NCBI GenBank assembly: GCA_963849115.1
Contig: CAWKGK010000004.1
Location: 49,204 to 113,203, forward strand
From: an uncultured Actinomycetes bacterium
Lineage (GTDB): Bacteria > Actinomycetota > CADDZG01 > WHSQ01
Direction: 5' to 3'
DNA length: 64,000 nt
This document shows, in pieces, positions 37,697 through 45,888 of this stretch. The first letter of the stretch is position 1. Each line of letters starts with the position of its first letter. Under the pieces are notes generated by a model that saw only the letters and a list, made by a program, of their open reading frames with translations, was not told the origin of the DNA and searched no databases. A program made the position numbers and the translations under genes.

Positions 37697-38044
37697 TCAG
37701 CCCCGTTTTTGCTTGCATGTCAGGCACAGACGGGCCGTCGGCAAAGCCTCCAGGCGCTCCGGGGCGATGCGATTCCCACACGACTCGCACAGACCGAAGC
37801 TGCCCTCGTCGAGACGTGTAAGTGCAGCAACAACCTCGGCATGGGTGGCGTGCAGCTGTTCGACGTGGGCGATCAGCTCGGAGAGCTCACTCGTCGCCTG
37901 AGCCGAGTCGGCGAAACCCTCGTCGAAGGAGACCTCCACCTGGTCACCCTCGATCGATGCCCCCGAGTCCAGGAGCTGACGCTCGAGGGAAGCTCGCTCG
38001 GCCTCGAGCGAGGTGCGAATGGAGTCGATCGTCGCCTGTTCCAT
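37697..38044 (-). CDS. TraR/DksA family zinc-finger transcription factor
   Basis: C-terminal CESCGNRIAPERLEALPTARLCLTCK (C4 finger) after a coiled-coil. ATG at 38044. Confidence 0.75.
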   Translation of the reverse strand: MEQATIDSIRTSLEAERASLERQLLDSGASIEGDQVEVSFDEGFADSAQATSELSELIAHVEQLHATHAEVVAALTRLDEGSFGLCESCGNRIAPERLEALPTARLCLTCKQKRG

Positions 38045-38103
38045 GGCGCAACGATAGTCGCTGTGTAGGCGCAACGAGGGCGGCAAACCGACAACGAGCT
38101 GGT

Positions 38104-38117
38104 GACTTGTCGACAAG
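38104..38117. promoter_or_regulatory. palindromic site GACTTGTCGACAAG (12-bp perfect palindrome core 38106-38117)
   Basis: Lies in the dksA-like/parA divergent intergenic region. The 11-mer GACTTGTCGAC recurs exactly at 39214-39224. A near-identical palindrome lies at 43721-43734. Confidence 0.4.
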
Positions 38118-38303
38118 GCAATTAAGCAACAAGGGAGCGCTCCAGGGCCACCACAGTTGCGCCGAGGGGGCGCTTGGGATAGGTTCCGAGGCGCAACAGA
38201 GACTTGTCAACCTGTCGCCAACGTTACAAGGCGACTGAACCGCAACCGTTCGACGGCAGCTCGTCGAAATACCACAGGAGGGGCAGTGCATTCGGGGGCC
38301 GAG

Positions 38304-39143
38304 ATGCGCTCGCCGGTATCTGACGGGGCTGCCACAGCCGCGGCAGAGACCCGGGCCGGGCGCGTGATTGCTTTCGCCAACCAAAAGGGGGGCGTGGGCA
38401 AGACCACATCCACCATCACTCTGGGCGCCTGCTTGGCCGAGCTCGGATACCGGGTCCTCGTCACCGACATGGACCCCCAGGGGGGCTGCGGCATCGGGCT
38501 CGGCGTCGAGCCCTCGACCCTCGAGCTGTCCATCTACAACCTGCTCCTGGATCGCAACTGCGCGGCGGCCGACGTGCTTCAGAAGACGTCGATCCCCAAC
38601 CTAGACCTGCTGCCCTCGAATATCGATCTCGCCGCCGCCGAACTGATGCTGGTGCAGGAGGTAGCTCGAGAGCACAGCCTCCGACGGGTGCTCGAACCAC
38701 TAAACCTCGACTATGACTTTACCCTTATAGATTGCCCTCCCTCGTTGGGGCTCTTGACTATCAACGGCCTGAGCGCGGCCGACGGAGTCATCATCCCACT
38801 CGAGTGCGAGTACTACGCGCTGCGAGGGATGGCGTTGCTGCTCGACTCGATCGACAGGGTCACCGAGCTGCTCAACCCCAAGCTGGTGATCGAGGGCATC
38901 CTGCCAACGATGTACGACGGCCGCACACTGCACGGTCGCGAGGTCCTGGGGCGCGTGAAAGAGGCCTTCGGTGCCAAGGTCTTCGAGGTGATCATTCGCA
39001 AGACCATCCGCTTCGCCGAAGCGCCGGTGGTGGGGGAGCCGATCGTTCACTATGCCCCCGGCTCGCCGGGTGCGGCCGCCTACCGGGAACTCGCTCAGGA
39101 GGTGATCGCTCGTGTCGCGTCGCGCCAGACTGCCGGGAGCTGA
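38304..39143 (+). CDS. ParA/Soj-family partition ATPase (Rv1708-like)
   Basis: Deviant Walker A NQKGGVGKTT. ATG at 38304 chosen; the track ORF starts at 38157. Confidence 0.85.
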   Translation: MRSPVSDGAATAAAETRAGRVIAFANQKGGVGKTTSTITLGACLAELGYRVLVTDMDPQGGCGIGLGVEPSTLELSIYNLLLDRNCAAADVLQKTSIPNLDLLPSNIDLAAAELMLVQEVAREHSLRRVLEPLNLDYDFTLIDCPPSLGLLTINGLSAADGVIIPLECEYYALRGMALLLDSIDRVTELLNPKLVIEGILPTMYDGRTLHGREVLGRVKEAFGAKVFEVIIRKTIRFAEAPVVGEPIVHYAPGSPGAAAYRELAQEVIARVASRQTAGS

Positions 39144-39489
39144 GGAGCTCTTCCGGCGTACGGGACCGGGCCCCGACCAGGACGCCGCGATCCCCCCCGA
39201 CCAAATACAAGACGACTTGTCGACTAAGAGACAAGACGATCTGTCTACCAACGATGAGATTCCCGTTCGGCCGGCGCCCGCGAAGCCGCCCAAGCACGAC
39301 GAGAAGATCACCTTCTACTGCACGGGCGACGATCTCATGGCCCTGGAGCGCACCCGGCTCAGCCTGCGCTCAGAGCATGGACTGGGCAGCGACAGAGGCC
39401 GCATCGTAAGAGCTGCGCTCGCCCACGTGCTGGAGGACTACGAGGCGCGAGGCAAGGACTCGATCCTGCTCCGGGCCCTGAGGCCGTGA
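39112..39489 (+). CDS. small protein with basic N-terminal peptide, acidic repeat linker and ribbon-helix-helix-like C-terminus (ParG-like partner candidate)
   Basis: GTG overlaps the parA 3' end by 32 nt. MSRRARLPGAEELFRR; QDDLSTKRQDDLSTN; KITFYCTGDDLMALERTRLSLRSEHGLGSDRGRIVRAALAHVL (beta strand, helix, G-x-S turn, helix). Confidence 0.5.
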   Translation: MSRRARLPGAEELFRRTGPGPDQDAAIPPDQIQDDLSTKRQDDLSTNDEIPVRPAPAKPPKHDEKITFYCTGDDLMALERTRLSLRSEHGLGSDRGRIVRAALAHVLEDYEARGKDSILLRALRP

Positions 39490-39534
39490 CGCCTCGGGAT
39501 CGCAGGCTGCCGCGGCCGGTGATTCCTCTCGATG

Positions 39535-39554
39535 CGCACCGCATTGGCGGTGCG
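39535..39554. terminator. hairpin between convergent genes
   Basis: cgcaccgc-attg-gcggtgcg: 8-bp stem, 4-nt loop. Confidence 0.45.
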
Positions 39555-39565
39555 GAACGTGAGGC

Positions 39566-40192
39566 TTAATGCAGTCTGCATTCAATCCATTGTCTGACTG
39601 CATCTCGCGCCTTGGCGTTTAGGACGAGGTCCCAGTGGCCGGCGCCGGGGATCGAACAGCTTTCAGCCGAGTAAAGCTCGGCAACACGCGTGCCCCTGTC
39701 GGTCGCAAACTCATCGCCCCACACCATTAGGGATGGACAGGGGATGGAGGGAACCGAGATGCCGCGCTTTCGCTCATCGCGCGCGAGCTGCGACTCCCAG
39801 CGGCTCGCGATGCCCGGAGGAAAGGGGCCGTAGGCTTCCTCGGGATCAAAGGCTCCTTGCCGCAGCTCCTTAGACTCGTCGAAACCCTGCACCTCAGCCG
39901 GAGGGCTGGGTTCCAAGAGGATCAGGCCCGCGAGCTCGAGTGAGGGGCAGGCCATGAGAGCGACGAGGCCTCCCATGCTCCAGCCACATACAAAGAGGGG
40001 AGGGCGCAGCCCGGTGCACGCCTCAATCAGAGAACCTGCGTAGTCTTGCATCGAAGAACAAGTGACATCGAGATCGTCGTGTAGGTCGATTGTGGCGACC
40101 TCGATACCGGGAAGGGCGGCACCCCAGCTCTCGAACACCCAGGGGCCGCTTCCTGCGCCGTGGACGAGCATCAACGACGCTCGGTGGTCCAC
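39566..40192 (-). CDS. alpha/beta hydrolase
   Basis: LVHGAGSGPWVF and nucleophile elbow GWSMGG. Start at GTG 40192 or ATG 40171. The upstream part of the 397-aa track ORF is out of frame over the M50 gene. Confidence 0.75.
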   Translation of the reverse strand: MDHRASLMLVHGAGSGPWVFESWGAALPGIEVATIDLHDDLDVTCSSMQDYAGSLIEACTGLRPPLFVCGWSMGGLVALMACPSLELAGLILLEPSPPAEVQGFDESKELRQGAFDPEEAYGPFPPGIASRWESQLARDERKRGISVPSIPCPSLMVWGDEFATDRGTRVAELYSAESCSIPGAGHWDLVLNAKARDAVRQWIECRLH

Positions 40193-40206
40193 GCCCCGGC
40201 TCGCTT

Positions 40207-40836
40207 TTAGGCCCCCGCCAGCCTCAAGACGAAATCCCTCACAAACAGGATCACGGGCGAAAGCAGGCTGAAGCCCCCGAAGAACACCAGCAGCAACAAG
40301 ATGATGAACCCGTAGCGGTCGAGGAAATAGATGATGTGCTGCTTGCTGGGAGGAAGAAAGATCGTGAGCAAGCGGGAGCCATCGAGTGGGGGCAGGGGAA
40401 TCAGGTTGAAGACGGCCAGGAGCACGTTGATCGACATGAACAGACCCAGGAAGGTCACGACTGGGTCGTAGAGTCCCGACTCGGCGGCTGCCACGAACAG
40501 GAACGCCCCCACCAGGGCCAGCGCCAGGTTCATGGCCGGCCCGGCCAGCGCCACGATCGCAGAGCCGAAGCGCTGGGAGGAGAACGCCTCGGGTCTGAAC
40601 TCGACCGGCTTGCCCCAGCCGAAGCCGACCAGGAAGATCAGCAGCGTGCCCAGCACGTCGAGGTGGCGGGCGGGGTTGAGGGTGACCCTGCCCATCGCGC
40701 GCGGCAGGCGGTCGCCCTGGGCGTCGGCGGCGAAGGCGTGGGCGAACTCGTGCAGGCAAATCGCTCCCAGCAGGGAGATAGCAAGGAGCACGAAGGCGAG
40801 CGGGTCGCTACGCAGGATGCCGAGCGGAGATTCCAC
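40207..40836 (-). CDS. site-2 protease (peptidase M50) family membrane protein
   Basis: HEFAHAF zinc motif, polytopic, and NLIPLPPLDG motif. Confidence 0.8.
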   Translation of the reverse strand: MESPLGILRSDPLAFVLLAISLLGAICLHEFAHAFAADAQGDRLPRAMGRVTLNPARHLDVLGTLLIFLVGFGWGKPVEFRPEAFSSQRFGSAIVALAGPAMNLALALVGAFLFVAAAESGLYDPVVTFLGLFMSINVLLAVFNLIPLPPLDGSRLLTIFLPPSKQHIIYFLDRYGFIILLLLVFFGGFSLLSPVILFVRDFVLRLAGA

Positions 40837-40935
40837 AGGCCGGTATTGTAGGCGCCGAGCGGTAGCGAGCAGTCAAGAATCGAGCGGGAGCGAGCAGGCA
40901 GTCCGGTCACAGGGTCCGATCAAGCCCTCCCACAA

Positions 40936-41973
40936 GTGGCGGAGAAATACTTGAACCCCAACTCAACCTTTAAGGATAGACAACGGGTCTTCAGCGGTGT
41001 CCAACCGACCGGAGACTTTCATCTCGGTAACGTGTTGGGGGCGGTGGACAACTGGGTCCCGCTGCAGAACTCACACGACGCCTTCTTCTGCATCGTCGAC
41101 CTGCACGCGCTGACCCTGCCCTGGGACCCCGAGATCCTGAGGGAGCGGGTGCTGCAGATGGGTGCTCTGCTTCTGGCACGCGGCATCGACCCGGACCGTG
41201 CCGTGCTCTTCGTGCAGTCCCATGTACCCGCCCATTCCGAGTTGAGCTGGCTGCTGATGTGCGTTGCCCGGATGGGGGAGCTTCGCCGCATGATCCAGTT
41301 CAAGGAGAAGTCGAAGGGTGAGAACGAGGCGGTGGGGGCGGGCCTCTTCACCTACCCCGTGCTCCAAGCGGCCGACGTCCTCCTGTATCAAGCGCGCGGG
41401 GTGCCGGTGGGCGAAGACCAGAAGCAGCACGTCGAGCTCATGCGCGATCTCGCGGCGCGCTTCAACGCCCTACTCGGAGAGACGTTCGTCGTCCCCGAAC
41501 CCTGGATCCGCCCCCACGGTGCGCGCATCCTCGCGCTCGACAACCCGGCCGAAAAGATGAGCAAGTCGACTCCCCGGGAGGCCTCCAAGATCCTGCTCGT
41601 CGACTCGCCCGATGTCATCTCCCGGAAGATCAGATCGGCGGTGACGGACTCCGGCAGGGAGGTGCGGGCGGGGGAGGACAAGCCGGAGCTGACCAACCTG
41701 CTGACGATCTTCTCGCTGGTGTCCGGAGAATCCATCGCGGAGCTCGAAGAGCGCTTCTCCGGCATGGGCTACGGGGACTTCAAGAAAGCGCTCGCCGAGG
41801 CGGTTATCGCGAACCTGCGCCCCACTCAGCAGCGCTACTTCGAGCTCATTGCCGATCCCGGGGAGCTCTTTCGCCTCCTCGTCATCGGTGCCGACAAGGC
41901 GAGGGTCGTGGCGGAGGCGACGATGGCCGACGTCCGCACCGCGGTCGGGCTCGGCCCACGGCCGCGAGCCTGA
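40936..41973 (+). CDS. trpS: tryptophan--tRNA ligase
   Basis: HIGH-type GDFHLGN and KMSKS present. Confidence 0.95.
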   Translation: MAEKYLNPNSTFKDRQRVFSGVQPTGDFHLGNVLGAVDNWVPLQNSHDAFFCIVDLHALTLPWDPEILRERVLQMGALLLARGIDPDRAVLFVQSHVPAHSELSWLLMCVARMGELRRMIQFKEKSKGENEAVGAGLFTYPVLQAADVLLYQARGVPVGEDQKQHVELMRDLAARFNALLGETFVVPEPWIRPHGARILALDNPAEKMSKSTPREASKILLVDSPDVISRKIRSAVTDSGREVRAGEDKPELTNLLTIFSLVSGESIAELEERFSGMGYGDFKKALAEAVIANLRPTQQRYFELIADPGELFRLLVIGADKARVVAEATMADVRTAVGLGPRPRA

Positions 41974-42207
41974 GGTCGCCCAGGCTGCCTCACACGGCGC
42001 CGACCACAGAGCACCTCGAAGCGCTAGCAGGACTTGTTGAAATTCATGGCATCGAATCGAGCAAGTTCCATGGACTCGGCGAGCCGAACCATCGCCCCTC
42101 CCTCAACGTGCCGGTGATGCCGAAGGCTCAGCCTGAACGCAAGGGTCGGGGGGCTTCCCTCGAACACGCTGGGCGTACGAAAACCTGATTTCGGGAACAA
42201 TGGATGT

Positions 42208-42981
42208 ATGTCAACCGCTCGCGACCGTCCGCCCGAGGAAGCTGCGGAGGATTCCTCGTTTGCACGCGGCCTCCGCCTGCTGCTGACGGTCGCCGATCGC
42301 GGTGAGATCTCGGCCGATGACCTCGCCAAGCTCCTCGGCATGCCTCTGTCCACTGCGTACCGCTTCCTGCGCACTCTCACCGAGTTCGGCTTCGTCGACC
42401 GGGCGGCAGGCCAATACCGACTAGGCCCCCGGTTGGTGGTCGGCGCCTCGGGATCGAACGTTCCCAGCGAGCAGCTGATTCGGCTCTCCGACCCCGTCCT
42501 TCGCATGCTCGTGGAGGAAACCGGCGAGACCGCCTTGATAATGCGACGAGTGGGGCTCTCCGCAATGTGCCTTCACCAGGTTGAGTCGACCAAAGGCATG
42601 CGCGTAGTGATGGACCCGGCAGCGATAACGCCCCTATACGCCGGCGCCATGAGCAGGATCCTGCTCGCCTTCGCCCCCGCCGATATCACCAAGGCGGTCG
42701 CCGACAACGACATCGAACCCATCACTCCCAACACTCCTTCACGGGAAGATCTCCGAGGAATATTGGACGATGTCCGCTCGGCGGGTATCGCCGTCAGCGA
42801 GGGGGAGCTCATCGCCGGCAGCGTGACGGTAGCCGTTCCGATTGTGCGGCGGGACGGGATCGTGGGGGCGCTCGCCGTCACGGGACCCGAGGCTCGCTGC
42901 GGCATCGCGTGGCGATCCTCGGTGCGAAAGCTGCTGCCGGACGCCGCCGCAACGCTTGTCGCTGCCCTCGAAGAGGTGTAG
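42208..42981 (+). CDS. IclR family transcriptional regulator
   Basis: N-terminal wHTH (LSTAYRFLRTLTEFGFV) plus a C-terminal IclR effector domain pattern. Confidence 0.8.
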   Translation: MSTARDRPPEEAAEDSSFARGLRLLLTVADRGEISADDLAKLLGMPLSTAYRFLRTLTEFGFVDRAAGQYRLGPRLVVGASGSNVPSEQLIRLSDPVLRMLVEETGETALIMRRVGLSAMCLHQVESTKGMRVVMDPAAITPLYAGAMSRILLAFAPADITKAVADNDIEPITPNTPSREDLRGILDDVRSAGIAVSEGELIAGSVTVAVPIVRRDGIVGALAVTGPEARCGIAWRSSVRKLLPDAAATLVAALEEV

Positions 42982-43134
42982 ACCACCTTCTCATACCACA
43001 AGAACATTCCTTACGGCGCTACGAGAACAGCCGGCCACACGTGTATCTAACTGCGCAAACACCCTTCGATCCACCGGCAGCTCTCGCAAAGCGGGGATTT
43101 GTGTTTTCATCAGATGGAAATCAAGCGCGATTTC

Positions 43135-43143
43135 TGTTATACT
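43135..43143 (+). promoter_or_regulatory. extended -10 element TGTTATACT, implying a leaderless mRNA
   Basis: The TATACT hexamer ends 6 nt before the ATG at 43150. Confidence 0.4.
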
Positions 43144-43149
43144 GGTGCC

Positions 43150-43599
43150 ATGCTGGACACTCTTGCCACGAATCGATTTGAGGTGCTTGCCCCTATATCG
43201 GCCGATTACGCCTCTTTGCCCGTGAGCGAAGCCTTCAATTGGAGCGAGTGCGGACCCGATGCCGGCGAGTGGTGCCTGATCGCGTTCCGTTCGGTGCTGC
43301 GGAAAACTGCCGACCTGGATCGCTTGTGGGAGCAGGACGAGCTCGCCTTCGAGGAGGCCGCCGGCCTCCCCGGATTCGTCCACTATTTCAGAGGTTTGCC
43401 CAACCAGCTCGGGGAGTGCTTGTCGTTCTGTCTGTGGAAGTCCTGGGAGCAGGCCCGGGCCTCCGCCCGTGGGCCCGCCCACGCGCTGGCGATGGAACTG
43501 ATCGACGACACCTTCGAGAGCTTTCAGCTCGAGTTTCTGACCGTCACGAAAACATCCCCGGCCGTCAGCTTCGAGTTCTCCGCCGCTACCCGCAAGTAG
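43150..43599 (+). CDS. hypothetical protein, possibly ABM/Dabb-fold (antibiotic biosynthesis monooxygenase-like)
   Basis: ATG at 43150. ...GFVHYFRG...LSFCLWKSWEQARA resembles ABM-type sequences. The assignment is weak. Confidence 0.45.
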   Translation: MLDTLATNRFEVLAPISADYASLPVSEAFNWSECGPDAGEWCLIAFRSVLRKTADLDRLWEQDELAFEEAAGLPGFVHYFRGLPNQLGECLSFCLWKSWEQARASARGPAHALAMELIDDTFESFQLEFLTVTKTSPAVSFEFSAATRK

Positions 43600-43720
43600 C
43601 CGTCCTCAGGACAAACGCCCGCCGTAACCGCTGAGCTTCACTCGCTAGAAACACGCCGACATTGCCCGTGGGGGCACTAGGCTCTCAGTCAAGGCGATTC
43701 CGGCCGGAGTCGAGAAGTGT

Positions 43721-43734
43721 ACTTGTAGACAAGT
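43721..43734. promoter_or_regulatory. palindrome ACTTGT-AG-ACAAGT 17 nt upstream of the scpA start
   Basis: Perfect 6-bp arms. 12 of 14 positions match ACTTGTCGACAAGG at 38105-38118. Confidence 0.4.
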
Positions 43735-43750
43735 TCGGGGCGGTTAACGC

Positions 43751-44569
43751 ATGGCGCATGAGGTCAGGCTGGAGGTCTTCGAGGGTCCGATCGACTTACT
43801 GCTGCACCTGATCACGCGCCGCCGCGTCGACATCTACGAGGTGTCCTTGGCGACCATCACCGAGGACTACCTCGCGGCGGTGGCTGCGGCAGAAGACCTC
43901 AATCTCGACGCCGCCACCGGCTTCCTGGTGGTGGCGGCGACCCTGCTCGAGCTCAAGTCGGCGCGCTTGCTGCCCTCTGTGGTGGATGAGTCGATCTCGA
44001 GCGAGCTCCTCGAGGAGCGAGATTTCCTGCTCGCGCGGCTCGTCGAGTGCGCTACCTATCGCGAGGCAGGAATGTGGATCTCAAACGAGCTGGTTCTGGG
44101 TGAGGGCTTCTTCGGTCGCGCCGGTGGCTCGAGGCACCTCGAGGAGCTGGGTCTGGTGGAGCGGCCAACTCTCGCCGCGCGCATCTCGGAGGCCCTCGCC
44201 GGCGTGACGCCGGACGTGCTCGCGGAGGTTGCGGCCGACGCCCTGGCCCCCCCCGTGCAGCGACGGCTCGACATCTCTCACCTGGCGCCGATTACCGCGT
44301 CGGTCAAGGACGCCATCCACCAGGTCGCGGGCCTGCTCTCGAGCAGGTCTCCGGCTTCCTTCGCCTACCTGAGCGGAGGTGCTACGAATCGAATCGAGGT
44401 CATCGTGCGCTTCCTGGCTCTGCTCGAGCTCTACAAGGGCGGCGCGGTGGAGCTCGAGCAGGCCGCCCGCTTTGGCGACATCGTGGTGTCGTGGACCGGG
44501 GAGGTGGCAGTGTCGCAGGTGATTTCCGACGCCGAGGAGTACTCGCTCATTCCGGGAGGCCCAGGATGA
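43751..44569 (+). CDS. scpA: segregation and condensation protein A
   Basis: FEGPIDLLLHLITRRRVDIYEVSLATITEDYL is a typical ScpA N-terminus. Confidence 0.9.
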   Translation: MAHEVRLEVFEGPIDLLLHLITRRRVDIYEVSLATITEDYLAAVAAAEDLNLDAATGFLVVAATLLELKSARLLPSVVDESISSELLEERDFLLARLVECATYREAGMWISNELVLGEGFFGRAGGSRHLEELGLVERPTLAARISEALAGVTPDVLAEVAADALAPPVQRRLDISHLAPITASVKDAIHQVAGLLSSRSPASFAYLSGGATNRIEVIVRFLALLELYKGGAVELEQAARFGDIVVSWTGEVAVSQVISDAEEYSLIPGGPG

Positions 44570-45123
44570 TCCCCGAGCAACGAAAGATCGTAGAGGCGAT
44601 TCTTCTGGTGGCCGACGAGCCGGTGCCGGCCACCACTCTGGCACAGGTAATGGAGAAACCTCGAGCTGAGGTCGAGGCTCTGCTGCGGGACTTGGCCGAC
44701 GGCTATGTCACCGAAGGGCGCGGCTTCGTGTTGCGGCAGGTCGCCGGGGGATGGCGCCTCTACTCGAATCCCGACTGCGCCCCCTGGCTCGAGCGCTTCG
44801 TGACAACGCACAAGCACCCTCGCCTGACGGGAGCCGCCCTGGAGGTGCTCGCCATCGTCGCATACCGGCAGCCGATCGCCCGCGCCGAGATCACGGCCAT
44901 ACGCGGTGTGGAATCGGACGGCGTGGTCAAGACACTGGCCGGTCGAGGGCTGATCGAGGCCCACGAGCAGACGGGGTCGTCGCCGGCCCTGTTCTCCGTG
45001 ACCGACTCCTTCCTCGAGGCCACCGGCCTCGCCGGGGTTCACGAGCTCCCGCGGCTGGCGAACTTCATCCCCGATGCCGAGACCGTTCAAGACATGGAGG
45101 CGAAGCTGTCGCCGGGAGCGTAG
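44566..45123 (+). CDS. scpB: segregation and condensation protein B
   Basis: ATGA overlap with scpA. IVEAILLVADEPV and AALEVLAIVAYRQPIARAEITAIRGV. Confidence 0.9.
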   Translation: MIPEQRKIVEAILLVADEPVPATTLAQVMEKPRAEVEALLRDLADGYVTEGRGFVLRQVAGGWRLYSNPDCAPWLERFVTTHKHPRLTGAALEVLAIVAYRQPIARAEITAIRGVESDGVVKTLAGRGLIEAHEQTGSSPALFSVTDSFLEATGLAGVHELPRLANFIPDAETVQDMEAKLSPGA

Positions 45124-45863
45124 AGGGGAGTGGAGCGGTCGAGAACCGAGCGCAACGGCTCCAGAAGGTTCTGGCCCGAGCAGGCTTCGGCTCCAGAAGA
45201 GCGGTCGAGGGCCTCATAGACCAGGGCCGCGTGCGCGTCAACGGCCGCAAGGCTCGGCTCGGAGATCGTGCCGACCCAACAAAGGATCTAGTAGAGGTCG
45301 ATGGTTCCAAGGTGCCCGTCGACGAGGCCCTCGTCTACTACCTGCTCAACAAACCCACGGGCACTCTTACCAGCGCTTCAGATCCCCAGGGCCGACCCAC
45401 CGTGATGGACTATGTCGATACCACCGCTCGGGTGTGGCCCGTGGGTCGCCTGGACTACGACACCGAGGGTGCTTTGATCATCACCAACGACGGCGATCTC
45501 ACTCAGCGCCTGACCCATCCCCGCTTCGGAGTCCCCAAGACCTATGTCGCCTACATCACCTCCCGCATGGGCCGACGAGATGTGCGTGCGCTGGAAAGGG
45601 GAGTGGAGCTCGAGGACGGGCTTGCGAAGGCCACCTCGGCCCGGCTCCTCGAGTCAACCTCGGCGGCGACACTGGTCGAACTAGAGCTTGTCGAGGGCCG
45701 CAACCGACAGGTGCGCAGGATGCTGGAGGCGTTGGGGCACCCGCCTGCTCGCCTCGTAAGGGTGGCGATCGGGCCTCTTATGCTGGGTCGACTCAAACCG
45801 TCGACGCTGCGGCGTCTGGCGCCGGCGGAAGTGCAGACGTTGTACAGGGCGGCGCGAAGCTGA
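45120..45863 (+). CDS. rluB: 23S rRNA pseudouridine synthase RluB family (start codon unresolved)
   Basis: S4 domain QRLQKVLARAGFGSRRAVEGLIDQGRVRVNG and catalytic VGRLDYDTEG. No in-frame ATG/GTG/TTG lies between 44751 and 45231, so the 5' boundary given is approximate. Confidence 0.8.
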   Translation, partial: VEGSGAVENRAQRLQKVLARAGFGSRRAVEGLIDQGRVRVNGRKARLGDRADPTKDLVEVDGSKVPVDEALVYYLLNKPTGTLTSASDPQGRPTVMDYVDTTARVWPVGRLDYDTEGALIITNDGDLTQRLTHPRFGVPKTYVAYITSRMGRRDVRALERGVELEDGLAKATSARLLESTSAATLVELELVEGRNRQVRRMLEALGHPPARLVRVAIGPLMLGRLKPSTLRRLAPAEVQTLYRAARS

Positions 45864-45888
45864 CGCTCATTCAGGGGCACAAATCGAT

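Noticed and set aside
40837-40935. Possible T-box or attenuator leader upstream of trpS
   Set aside because: In only 99 bp I could not find a specifier-loop or T-box consensus, nor a terminator/antiterminator pair by eye. A covariance-model scan would be needed to be sure.
42024-42506. 160-aa minus-strand ORF between trpS and the IclR regulator gene
   Set aside because: It overlaps the 5' end of the well-supported IclR gene on the opposite strand and is Arg/Ser-rich without motifs.
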